64,000 bases of DNA from an archaeon. Lineage in GTDB: Archaea; Nanobdellota; Nanobdellia; Pacearchaeales; GW2011-AR1. The position numbers and the translations under genes were made by a program. The DNA lies in assembly GCA_043822125.1 (NCBI GenBank), contig JBDRCB010000009.1, positions 79,736 through 143,735 of the forward strand. Direction: 5' to 3'. Below, piece after piece: positions 19,401-27,203 of the stretch (its first letter is position 1; every line of letters begins with the position of its first letter). The notes under the pieces were generated by a model. That model ran no database searches and had not been told where the DNA came from. It was given only the letters and a program-made list of their open reading frames with translations.

Positions 19401-22400
19401 TCATTAAATTATATTCAATTGCCCTCACCTGCTCATTTGTATAATAATGATTTTTCTTCCAAACCTCTGGATTTAATTTATTTATTAATTCACTAACTTC
19501 AACAAATTCTCCTTTTTTAAGAGGATTTTCAATTTTTTTACTCTTCCCATAGTTTTTCAAAGCATTAATAGTTGCTTCTGCATTTACAGGAACAATTTCT
19601 TCAGTATCATAAACTTTTGTTCCGAAAATTCCTTCTTCTGTTTCAAATTGTTTTTGCCTGTTCTGCAAAAGTTCATTTTGCTGTTTAATAGTCTCCTCCC
19701 TCATTTTAATTTCTTCTTCAATTTCTTTTTCCTTCATTGAAAAGCACTTATCCAAAGAATCATATTTTTCTTTTGCAACTTCACCAGAGCAAAACTCATA
19801 CCAACCGCCTTTGCCTCTCATAGCTTCCTGTCTTGCTATTGCTTTTCCATCCCAGTTTGTAATAATGTTTTTCAAAGTAATTAAAGTTCCAGTCGCCAGG
19901 CAAGCTGTTTTCAGAGTTTTAACAGCATTCCCGAGATTCTCTGATTTCTCTGTCCATTCTTTAATTGACTCCTCTAAATCCGCGACTTTCTTTTTTATCT
20001 GCTCTGGAGAAAGCTGTATTGCCCTCTTCTCAATTCCCACTCTAAAAGAAAAATTAGTAGTTGTCCCTGCATTTTCTATTGTTGGTATAACACTCACTCT
20101 TGCGATTTTTTTAAGATTCACCTTTGCCAAGACAATGCTAAATTGACTTCCAGAAGTTTGAGCAACATCTTTCTGCAGAGTAAATGTCTTTGAAATATCA
20201 GCACCATCTTTTTCTGTTGATTTCAGATTAACATTAACACTCGCAACATCATTGCCCAAAGAATCTCTCTCAACAGAAATCAGCTGAAGATAATTCATCG
20301 TCGGTGAAACTCCAGTTGTTGTTGCTGGGACAGTTGCAGATAAAGATACTCCGAGTTTCTCGTATTTTTCGAGGACTTTATCTACATAATTAGTATGAAA
20401 GGTATCGCAACCTGCTCCTAATCCAACATAACCTAAAAGAGCAGCTTCCCATCCAGAATATTTGAGAGTTTTACAACTATTTTCAACACCATTTTTAAAA
20501 GTTTCATATTTTGCTTTCAAATGTGCAGCACCAGCCATAATATTTTTTTTAGGATTAAATCTATCATCACTATCTTTAGTGCATATATCAGGACCTGTAC
20601 CAGAATAATATTTATTACCTATTTTATTAAGACACTTACTGCAATTCGACCATTCTCCTCCTTTACCCCCAAGAAGATTTCCTTTGTTATCAAAACATCC
20701 ATCAATAGCAATGAAATTTCCATAAGAAGGAATATTTAGAGAACCCTCTTTAACATTGGGCATAAGTTGCATTAAACCAACAGCTCCTGCCCAACTAATA
20801 ATATCTTTATTACAACTACTCTCAGTCATCATCAAAGCAACTAATAGCAATGGATCAATTTCATATTGTTCTCCTGCATCTACAACTTCTTGAGCATAAT
20901 TCTTACAAGAAGAAGAAATAGAACTTCCTGCTTTATCTATTGCATCTTTAACTTCTTGTACAGTTCTACTGACTTTCCATTCTCCCAACTTATCAGGCAA
21001 CTCCCCACTTATCGGAGCACCTTCATCCAAATAAACAATCTGATTCTTCCTCAAAGTATACGCTGTTGTTGTAGTGCCTCTATGAACAACAATCTCTGCA
21101 CCATATTCTTCCAGCGACGGTTCATAAATCCCGTCAAAAGAAACTGTCCTCAGCTGTCCATTAATCAAAACATCTTTGCTTGAAATTTCCAAACTTGAAG
21201 ATTTATAATCTTGTAAAGCGCATAATGTTTTATCTAATTTACTATCTGGATATGCTGTTTGAAATTCTGTGCACAAAGCAATTTTTTCTCTCTTCTGTCC
21301 AGTAATATGTGCTAACACAATTTTCTGATAAAAAGCCTGCTCTCCATAACTAATACCAGCATCATTGTAATTTTCTCCTGCAAAACTCTCAGTAATCTGC
21401 TGATAAGTTTTCATTGCACTTTCATAATTATTATTAAAATCAGTTTTTTCAACAGAAGAATCAGCAACAGAAAAATCACCTGCTCCTGAAAAACCAGCAA
21501 GTTTTATATCTTTTCCAAAAACAGATTTACTCTTGCTCATTTCAATCATCTCAAGATTTTCTCCTACTTTCAAAATACTTTCCCACTTATTAGCACGATT
21601 CAGCATAGCCCTAACTCTCGCGCTAATTACAGAAATTTCACTCTCAGTTAATTTGTCAGCACTTGTTCTTGATTTATATAAATAAATAATTAAATCCTCT
21701 GTTCTCTCCTCGTCAATTCTAAAGCTTCCTTTTTCAAATCTCGCAGTCCCAACATAACCCAGATAAACAGAAGAGCTGTCATCAGCAGTATATAACTTCT
21801 GCCCAATTTCATAAGAATTTTTAGTAGCATCAAATTCTAAATCCACACTCGGGCGGATAACAAGCTGAAAAGGAGCACTTGTGTCATCAGCGTCGCACCT
21901 TACATCTATTTTCTGCGAAAGCCCCTGCTTTTCTATGCTCCTGACATAGCATCTATTTTCTAAAAAAGGTTCATTGACTTTCACTTCAACAACATCTGCA
22001 TTTACTCTTAATCTTGCGCGAGTGTCTGGATTTTCAAGCCCATCTAAACTAATCTGCAGACTTGTAATGCAATCCAAGCCAGGAATTCTTATTTTTTCAG
22101 ATGTCTGTCCTGTTGTCAGACCAACAGTTGAAATTTTATTGTTCTTATCTGAATAAACAGCAATTGTTGAAAAAAAATCATCAACTGATTCTGCTCTCAG
22201 AAAACCCCTGCTGTTCCAGAATCCATATTGGGAATATCTTGAATTCCATTCACTATCACTCATTTCAGGAAGATAAAATTGAGTTCTGCCGATTCCAAAT
22301 GCATTTCTAATGTCATATTTTATCGTCGCTGTCAAATTTCCAGAAACTTCTTTTGGCAAACTTGATTCATTTCGATTCTGCCTTAAGGTAATCACAACAA

Positions 22401-22902
22401 AACCAACATTATTCAAAACAGGAGAATTAAGATTAAGTGAAGTTGCAAGTGCTGCCCGTGCAGGATAATAGCCAACTCCTGAAATCTCTTTTGGAATTTC
22501 AGAACCTCCAAAAGAAATACTGTCTATAACATCTACATCAACAAGAGGATTCATCTTCGTTGCTCCAATCTGGCAGAGAACTCGCACATCCTGTTCTGCA
22601 AGCAAATCACTTCTTACAACAGCAGGCTCGCATCCAAAAGGAGTAATCTGCAGCACAAAATCCTGTCCTGCAGTACACATAGAAGAATCAACCTGCCACA
22701 ACCCTCCTGTAAAAGAACCTAAAGAACTTCCATAAAACTGGGAATTATAAGAAGACAGCAACGATGAACTGCTATATGAATGAGTGTAAGGATTCCAATT
22801 AGAAGAACTGCTGAAAAAAGAACTAGTATATGCTGAAGCAAAAGAAATTAACAAAATTCCGATTAAAAAAAACATTCCGAACTTAAAACTTTTCAATCTC
22901 AT
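16417..22902 (-). CDS. Giant (2,161 aa) secreted protein with an internal lytic transglycosylase (SLT) domain, a coiled-coil segment and a Cys-rich C-terminal half
   Basis: Uninterrupted ORF with the Sec-type signal MRLKSFKFGMFFLIGILLISFASA|Y. SLT motifs IDPLLLVALMMTESS, AVGLMQLMP, NIMAGAAHLKAKY and GWEAALLGY. The ATG overlaps the upstream stop (ATGA). Confidence 0.9.
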   Translation of the reverse strand: MRLKSFKFGMFFLIGILLISFASAYTSSFFSSSSNWNPYTHSYSSSSLLSSYNSQFYGSSLGSFTGGLWQVDSSMCTAGQDFVLQITPFGCEPAVVRSDLLAEQDVRVLCQIGATKMNPLVDVDVIDSISFGGSEIPKEISGVGYYPARAALATSLNLNSPVLNNVGFVVITLRQNRNESSLPKEVSGNLTATIKYDIRNAFGIGRTQFYLPEMSDSEWNSRYSQYGFWNSRGFLRAESVDDFFSTIAVYSDKNNKISTVGLTTGQTSEKIRIPGLDCITSLQISLDGLENPDTRARLRVNADVVEVKVNEPFLENRCYVRSIEKQGLSQKIDVRCDADDTSAPFQLVIRPSVDLEFDATKNSYEIGQKLYTADDSSSVYLGYVGTARFEKGSFRIDEERTEDLIIYLYKSRTSADKLTESEISVISARVRAMLNRANKWESILKVGENLEMIEMSKSKSVFGKDIKLAGFSGAGDFSVADSSVEKTDFNNNYESAMKTYQQITESFAGENYNDAGISYGEQAFYQKIVLAHITGQKREKIALCTEFQTAYPDSKLDKTLCALQDYKSSSLEISSKDVLINGQLRTVSFDGIYEPSLEEYGAEIVVHRGTTTTAYTLRKNQIVYLDEGAPISGELPDKLGEWKVSRTVQEVKDAIDKAGSSISSSCKNYAQEVVDAGEQYEIDPLLLVALMMTESSCNKDIISWAGAVGLMQLMPNVKEGSLNIPSYGNFIAIDGCFDNKGNLLGGKGGEWSNCSKCLNKIGNKYYSGTGPDICTKDSDDRFNPKKNIMAGAAHLKAKYETFKNGVENSCKTLKYSGWEAALLGYVGLGAGCDTFHTNYVDKVLEKYEKLGVSLSATVPATTTGVSPTMNYLQLISVERDSLGNDVASVNVNLKSTEKDGADISKTFTLQKDVAQTSGSQFSIVLAKVNLKKIARVSVIPTIENAGTTTNFSFRVGIEKRAIQLSPEQIKKKVADLEESIKEWTEKSENLGNAVKTLKTACLATGTLITLKNIITNWDGKAIARQEAMRGKGGWYEFCSGEVAKEKYDSLDKCFSMKEKEIEEEIKMREETIKQQNELLQNRQKQFETEEGIFGTKVYDTEEIVPVNAEATINALKNYGKSKKIENPLKKGEFVEVSELINKLNPEVWKKNHYYTNEQVRAIEYNLMILEKDPENKIAKRELYALAFDINKAAGDYVEKTTFQTTAKEEYGLDSDVATINLPTEKRVGTIYYTGAVVPNNMKSIQKGAYIQLLLHKGKTYYLELEKISVSQYRVKDIYDEDLNKLIDCASTDQINQPYCDPNYKEIQNANVVFSDRTLYQNEYKYSEGETKVYARYYETEPYKGTPAIVPFDLKNGWYVSVSQSLPTTDATTSYQTSGRLNSFWVCNIGTDGIENNRKGDDECIMINLATGQPLNFFHGLSESEASKLVSCAIKAVQDAQRQYKQSINKISVSTQCGGSISVLVGKPAVDIPDIQCYDLMSATECNVLFNVCDPVICPSSRCDFGGTFPVQDVVQSGIIGSVALCLPNFGNPLEGGVAIPVCLTGIKAGMDGWISVLTSYRDCLNESLTTGDMVGICDEIYSIHLCEFFWRQAIPLTKIIIPKVLEYIAGQRSRGGGEYMTVASAWQNAEKSMDYFIQYYSENSYTSFKQRLIEGITDSVCEVSISGTYPDGGNLLDSLTDPRSPPQFHGKFDEILFTTATVPPISQYKVFYHIYAGKESRAYYSVYLKGGTSSAYYQDTSTPRFVASGYIPMGGYASETKDFTAPAGYQELCIKVNNQEECGFKQVSTSFAVDYMNDLYMQEQATETVTRLEDCIAGTPSAYSLLSPNLQAGVEETVNPEIYNRGIIRICATSDPGVGTDAKAGTESARWRKIGYCDDPNIGCWLDTESVKNVIKSLEIENATLGAVSDSYLEFLRSEKEFLDDTNFDKLIKELKGEELQVQIVNVNNYYSKVAKSSQKARLLLIKADAYAGLAKESYGKLLEKIDKKETTIVKRTATGNGVYATRTTTADSSVNCKTAEKKCEKIGAGISIVEFNEGDRDIFPAGLKSPEKFTNPTTLILRGDEDCKDVKAMLSISYKKGEVEYFVRNKQIQFDSSSTYSINLLDESLFLSDLSLGNQEKLALGTYTVKIINDVSNTIPLCTVSSNDAVDYWIADFEVI

Positions 22903-24803
22903 CTGAAATATATGCTTAACCTTTTTTCTTCAAAAAGAAGATAATTATTTTGAAGATGCTCAAGTGTTACTGGAATAGGCAGTTCTTCTGCATTAATCTC
23001 AATTTTATTTGAATTCTCGAGCTGGGATTCCAAAATATAATAATTTAATTTTCCTCCTCCTGCAAGAGCATTTGAAATAATCTGCGACGGGAATGTGATA
23101 TCAAAACACTGCTTTTCTGTAAGCCCTAACAATGCGCCAAAACCTTGCTGAGGGACATCAACACACTGTTGCTGAACAGATTCCTGCAATCTTATCGAAG
23201 AATTTCTGTAAGCATAAACCTGAACTTCATAATCTCCTTGACTCAAACTGATTTTTCTCTGCTCTGGATAAACAATTGTTTTAGAACCCTTTTCTGATGT
23301 AAAAGTAATAATAGCGTCGCTGTTGTATTCTCTGCCCCCGAGTTTAAGCTCAAAATCAAGTTCATATAATTTACCCATAATAATTTCAGCACTACCTGGA
23401 CTCACAGTTGAAAACATAAACTCAGAATCTTCATAACCCTCTGCCCTTGCTATAACAAATCCATTCGCACATTGAGGGAAATACTCGTCGATGACACCAT
23501 AACTTGTCCCGCCAATATAACACATAGTTGAAAAACATTCATAAGAAATATTTGTTTCAACAGGAGTTAATCTTGAATCATATGTTCTGATTGTAACAGG
23601 AGTGTTCTTGTTTTCGCACAAATCAAGAAGCTCTGCCCCAACAGCTTCAGAAGCCATTGGCTCTCTCGGAAGATTTCCTCTTACAACAACTGCAAATGGG
23701 AACTGGAAAATTTCATCTCCGCTGAAAATCTGAGTTAAAACAGGATATTTAATGTCATAAACAAAATGATAAGGAACATAGCAGAAACCCAAAATTCCCA
23801 AGCCAGGCTGATTTCCAACAGGACTCGCTATAAGCATTGCTCCAGAGGATGGCTCGACGCTGAAAGAATAAGGCCATGTTCTTGAATTCAAAAACCGCAC
23901 ATCCTCTTCAACAGAAACATCAACAATAAAATATTTATCATCCGGGCTTTTCAAATCATAATTCCCGTTTTTTAATTTCAATGCAAGAGTGTTTGCTTCA
24001 ACAGCTTCTTGTAGTTCAGAAAAAACCTCTTCAGCATTCCAGATTTTAGGAGCACAGCTCATTTCAACTCCGTCAACAGGGGCATAAAGCCGAAGTGTAT
24101 CAACAGCATATTCCTCTAAAAACAAACTCTTCTGCTCATAAGAATAAATTTTTACTGCAGATTCATACATCTTCCCAAGATTAGAATTCAAAACAACTCC
24201 GTGGTTTTTTATAATTGCACTCTCTTCTCCTCTATGAATTTCAAGATTCATATTTATTTTAACATCAACAACATTTTTTCCAATAGTAACATCCACTTTC
24301 GGCTCTCCCTGAATAATCTCAAACCCCTGCTCAAAATAAATTTTGAAATTGCAATTTCTTGCTCTTGATTCAATAAATTCAGCAAGTTGTTTTTCCATAT
24401 TTTTCAAAGTAGGAACCTGTTCTTTCTGGATATTATTTCCAGAAACATAATACCAATAAGGAATTGGATTTCCAAAAAAATCAAGATGATTTGAAAAAGG
24501 CATATAAGATGTCCCTGGCTCAAAATCAGAAGGAATAATATACCCTCCCTGAATTCCGAGAATATCAATTCCTATTGATGCATCTGTTTCAAGGCAGAAT
24601 AAAAAATCATTGTAAATTGGCTCCATTTCTGCAGGAAGCCCCTTCTGAAAAAAAATGTCGCGAAAAACAAAAAAAAGTAAAACACCCCCTACAATAACTA
24701 TCGCAACAATTATAAAAATTGCAACCTGTGCTTTTTTTTGATTTGCAAAACACCCAAAATCACACCGAGAATTTTTTAATCCTTCCACACCTTTTTTTTG
24801 CAT
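22899..24803 (-). CDS. 634-aa protein with a class-III (prepilin-like) signal / N-terminal TM anchor. It is the first gene of the giant-protein operon.
   Basis: N-terminus ...NQKKA|QVAIFIIVAIVIVGGVLLFFVF fits [KR][GA][Q..][hydrophobic x3] followed by a TM helix. TATA core 29 nt upstream of the ATG. 4-nt overlap with the downstream giant gene. Confidence 0.8.
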   Translation of the reverse strand: MQKKGVEGLKNSRCDFGCFANQKKAQVAIFIIVAIVIVGGVLLFFVFRDIFFQKGLPAEMEPIYNDFLFCLETDASIGIDILGIQGGYIIPSDFEPGTSYMPFSNHLDFFGNPIPYWYYVSGNNIQKEQVPTLKNMEKQLAEFIESRARNCNFKIYFEQGFEIIQGEPKVDVTIGKNVVDVKINMNLEIHRGEESAIIKNHGVVLNSNLGKMYESAVKIYSYEQKSLFLEEYAVDTLRLYAPVDGVEMSCAPKIWNAEEVFSELQEAVEANTLALKLKNGNYDLKSPDDKYFIVDVSVEEDVRFLNSRTWPYSFSVEPSSGAMLIASPVGNQPGLGILGFCYVPYHFVYDIKYPVLTQIFSGDEIFQFPFAVVVRGNLPREPMASEAVGAELLDLCENKNTPVTIRTYDSRLTPVETNISYECFSTMCYIGGTSYGVIDEYFPQCANGFVIARAEGYEDSEFMFSTVSPGSAEIIMGKLYELDFELKLGGREYNSDAIITFTSEKGSKTIVYPEQRKISLSQGDYEVQVYAYRNSSIRLQESVQQQCVDVPQQGFGALLGLTEKQCFDITFPSQIISNALAGGGKLNYYILESQLENSNKIEINAEELPIPVTLEHLQNNYLLFEEKRLSIYFR

Positions 24804-24824
24804 AAAAAAATAATGAAAATTATC

Positions 24825-24836
24825 TATATAAAGTTT
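24825..24836 (-). promoter_or_regulatory. TATA promoter of the 634-aa / 2,161-aa operon
   Basis: The minus strand reads aaactttatata. The core starts 29 nt upstream of ATG 24803. Confidence 0.6.
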
Positions 24837-24865
24837 ATTAAATATCTCTTATATAATAGAATAAA

Positions 24866-24937
24866 GGTCCTGTAGTCCAGTGGCTAAGACATGTCCTTGA
24901 CGTGGACAAGACCCCAGTTCAATTCTGGGCAGGACCA
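24866..24937 (+). tRNA. tRNA-Val (GAC), no intron
   Basis: GGTCCTG...TGTCC-TTGACGT-GGACA...CCCAG-TTCAATT-CTGGG-CAGGACC-A; 72 nt. Confidence 0.95.
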
Positions 24938-25013
24938 TATCAAATATCATAAAACAAAATTTCAAAGAAGAACAATCGGGAAAATTTAAAAACTCATTTT
25001 TTTATCAATATTT

Positions 25014-25322
25014 ATGAAAATTCCAAAAAAAACAAAAAGATACTGTCCTTATTGCAGAAAGCAAACAGAGCAGAAAATAAAATTAGTTTCAACAGGAGCA
25101 AAAAGAGGGGCATTGAAACGCGGTTCAAAAGACAGAGCAAAGTTAAGAGGGCAGAACAGAGGAATAGGAAACAAAGGAAAATATTCAAAACCAGCAGTTT
25201 CAAAATTCAAGAGAAAATCAAAAACAACTAAAAAAACAAACATAATGTACACCTGCACAGTTTGTGGAAAATCCAAATATCAAAAAAAAGGCAAAAGAGC
25301 AGGAAAACAACTACAAGAATAA
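25014..25322 (+). CDS. rpl44e: Ribosomal protein eL42 (L44e)
   Basis: MKIPKKTKRYCPYCRKQTEQK...CTVCGKSKYQKKGKR (Zn ribbon, basic). TATA core 29 nt upstream. Confidence 0.9.
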   Translation: MKIPKKTKRYCPYCRKQTEQKIKLVSTGAKRGALKRGSKDRAKLRGQNRGIGNKGKYSKPAVSKFKRKSKTTKKTNIMYTCTVCGKSKYQKKGKRAGKQLQE

Positions 25323-25323
25323 A

Positions 25324-25437
25324 ATGAAAAATCTATTAATTAAACTTGACTATCTCCTTTTCGTGAGATTTCTATCAGATTGCAATAAAGAAATCGCTTT
25401 TCTGCACAAGAAGGGAAGATCGAAAAAAACTATTTAA
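25324..25437 (+). pseudogene. Truncated, Cys-depleted S27e-like ORF (37 aa), a possible eS27 relic
   Basis: Starts 1 nt after the L44e stop, which is the conserved archaeal L44e-S27e position. FVRFLS-DCNKE-IAFLH aligns by eye with S27e FLRVKCIDCGNEQIVFSH. One Cys of the first knuckle is lost and the second CxxC is absent. Confidence 0.45.
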
Positions 25438-25448
25438 ATTATTTTCAA

Positions 25449-25985
25449 ATGGCACAAGCAAAAAAGAAAAAAAGATTTTTTGAAGTAGAAATACCGATTA
25501 TAAAAAAGCAGACACAACTTCAGGCATATGAAATTGAAGATTTAAATGGAAGATTCATAAATTATGATTTAACAAGATTATTAAGAGGAAAAAGTGCAAT
25601 ACTGCAGTTGAAAATAAAAACCGAAGGAAAAGAAATTACAGCAAAACCAATGCAGATAAAAATTCTCCCTTATTTTTTGAGAAAAATGGTGAAGAAAGGG
25701 ACAAGTTATGCAGAAGATTCTTTTTCAGCAGAATGTAAAGATGCAAAGGTTAAAATAAAGCCGATTTTAGTGACAAGAAGAAAAGTTTCTCGTGTGATAA
25801 GAAAAACACTAAGGGAAAAATGCAAGGAAGAATTAATAAATTACATTAAAGAAAAGAATTCAGAATCAATTTTCGAGGAGATTATCAGCAACAGACTGCA
25901 AAAAACTTTAAGTTTAAAACTCAAAAAAATTTATCCTCTTTCTCTTTGTGAGATACGAGTCTTAAAAGTAATAGAAAATAAATAA
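25449..25985 (+). CDS. rps3ae: Ribosomal protein eS1 (S3Ae), short form
   Basis: KKKRFFEVEIPIIKKQTQLQAYEIEDLNGRFINYDLTRLLRGKSAILQLKI matches the S3Ae N-terminal pattern; 178 aa. Confidence 0.8.
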   Translation: MAQAKKKKRFFEVEIPIIKKQTQLQAYEIEDLNGRFINYDLTRLLRGKSAILQLKIKTEGKEITAKPMQIKILPYFLRKMVKKGTSYAEDSFSAECKDAKVKIKPILVTRRKVSRVIRKTLREKCKEELINYIKEKNSESIFEEIISNRLQKTLSLKLKKIYPLSLCEIRVLKVIENK

Positions 25986-26068
25986 GCTTACGAAACTTTT
26001 TCTCTTTATAAAATAAAAATTAAGACTGCAAACTTTCACAAGTTTAATTTATAGCCTTTGCTCTGCAA

Positions 26069-26184
26069 AAGCCTGCAGAGGGATTTGAACCCCCGACCTA
26101 CTGCTTTCATGATTCCAGAAGGAAACTAAAACATCCGAAAATATTATTTACAAGGCAGCCGCTCTACCACTGAGCTATGCAGGC
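26069..26184 (-). tRNA. tRNA-Thr (TGT) with an intron of about 43 nt. The isotype call is moderately confident.
   Basis: Acceptor GCCTGCA/TGCAGGC, discriminator U, D arm GCTC/GAGC, anticodon stem GCTGC/GCAG(G), loop CTTGTA|A, T arm GGGGG-TTCAAAT-CCCTC. The 27:43 pair and variable-loop length are irregular in my hand fold. Confidence 0.7.
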
Positions 26185-26226
26185 AATTAATTAAAATGAA
26201 ATGCTAATTTAAAAGATTTATTGTTG

Positions 26227-26346
26227 TTATTTTTTCATCGGAGAATGTTTTTTAGTGCATTTATAGCAAACCCATCCCATATAAAAAGAATCATATTCCA
26301 AAGGTCTTCCGCACCTCTTGCAAAAAAAATCTTCATCTCTTGACAT
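26227..26346 (-). CDS. 39-aa zinc-ribbon protein (CxxC...CxxC)
   Basis: MSRDEDFFCKRCGRPLEYDSFYMGWVCYKCTKKHSPMKK. It is below the ORF-track cutoff and sits in an otherwise empty gap with TATA-like boxes upstream. Confidence 0.5.
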   Translation of the reverse strand: MSRDEDFFCKRCGRPLEYDSFYMGWVCYKCTKKHSPMKK

Positions 26347-26380
26347 TTTAAAAGAAATATCAGAAATAGAAAATAATTAT

Positions 26381-26393
26381 AAAAGTTTATAAA
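26381..26393 (+). promoter_or_regulatory. Third copy of AAAAGTTTATAAA. Near-palindromic context, orphan on the plus strand.
   Basis: Identical 13-mer to the rps8e and tfb promoters. There is no ATG at +29 on the plus strand, and the next 240 nt have no convincing ORF. It may instead serve the minus-strand Zn-ribbon ORF, 47 nt away. Confidence 0.4.
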
Positions 26394-26637
26394 AACTTTA
26401 AAGGAGTAAACTTATTTAAGAAGATAAATTTCATAAAAATTTTTCTTGAAGATAAACTAAGCATTCTATGATAAATTCGCGAGCGCCTTTCAAATTCCCT
26501 CTTGACTAAAAAAATTTCTTCCATATCTCCAATTAAAGCTGAAAGAGATTTCAAGGAGGAATACTTCTCTTTAAGATTAATAATAAAATTCCAAAATTTC
26601 CGTATCTATTATCAAGATAAATACTTTTCCTGCTATA

Positions 26638-26961
26638 CTATTTTACAACAACAGCAGTTCCATATGCAAGCATTTCTGAAGCACCTGCCATAACCATTGA
26701 AGTCATAAATCTCATTCCTACAATTGCATTTGCTCCCATCTCAATCGCCTGATTCACCATTCTGTTGTATGCCTCATCCCTTGAATTGCTTGTCATATCC
26801 GAATAGGTTTTTATTTCTCCTCCGACGATATTCTTAAATCCTGCTCCAATGTCTCTCCCGATATTCCTTGCTCTTACAGTATTTCCCCTAGCGACTCCAA
26901 GAACTTTTACAATTTTCTTTCCAGGTAACTCGTCTGTTGTTGAAACCAAAAATTCTTTCAT
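26638..26961 (-). CDS. YbjQ/UPF0145 family protein
   Basis: 107 aa. RGNTVRARNIGRDIGAGFKNIVGGEI...AIEMGANAIVGMRF is typical of the family. Confidence 0.85.
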   Translation of the reverse strand: MKEFLVSTTDELPGKKIVKVLGVARGNTVRARNIGRDIGAGFKNIVGGEIKTYSDMTSNSRDEAYNRMVNQAIEMGANAIVGMRFMTSMVMAGASEMLAYGTAVVVK

Positions 26962-27158
26962 TTTCTCTCCCTATATTTAATTGATTCAATTTTATCCTCG
27001 TTTCTGTTAAATAAAATAAACAAGCCAATTATTAAAATTGGAATCCCATATATCCATGTGAGGAAAGTAAGCTTCTCTGCAAAAAAAACAGGAAGAATAA
27101 CAAGCACAATTCCTACCATCATCATAATCCCTCCTGTTATTAATCTGCTTGAATTCAT
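26958..27158 (-). CDS. Small two-TM membrane protein
   Basis: 66-aa ORF with two hydrophobic helices and a 4-nt overlap with the downstream YbjQ gene. Confidence 0.5.
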   Translation of the reverse strand: MNSSRLITGGIMMMVGIVLVILPVFFAEKLTFLTWIYGIPILIIGLFILFNRNEDKIESIKYRERK

Positions 27159-27203
27159 AATTCTAAACTATTTTTATTATTAATAAATTTAACTAAATAA
27201 AAA

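Noticed and set aside
25985-26069. Alternative reading of the tRNA at 26069..26184 as tRNA-Met/Ile2, because CAT occurs near the 3' splice site (ATCATGAAAGCAG)
   Set aside because: With the intron at the canonical 37/38 position, the 7-nt loop following the 5' stem half is CTTGTA|A (anticodon TGT). Using the CAT would require a non-canonical intron position and leaves an extra base before the 3' stem. It stays as Thr with reduced confidence pending tRNAscan-SE.
26502-26693. The 63-aa plus-strand ORF overlapping the 3' end of the YbjQ gene
   Set aside because: It has a TTG start, no promoter at the leaderless spacing and low-complexity sequence, and it overlaps a well-supported gene on the opposite strand.
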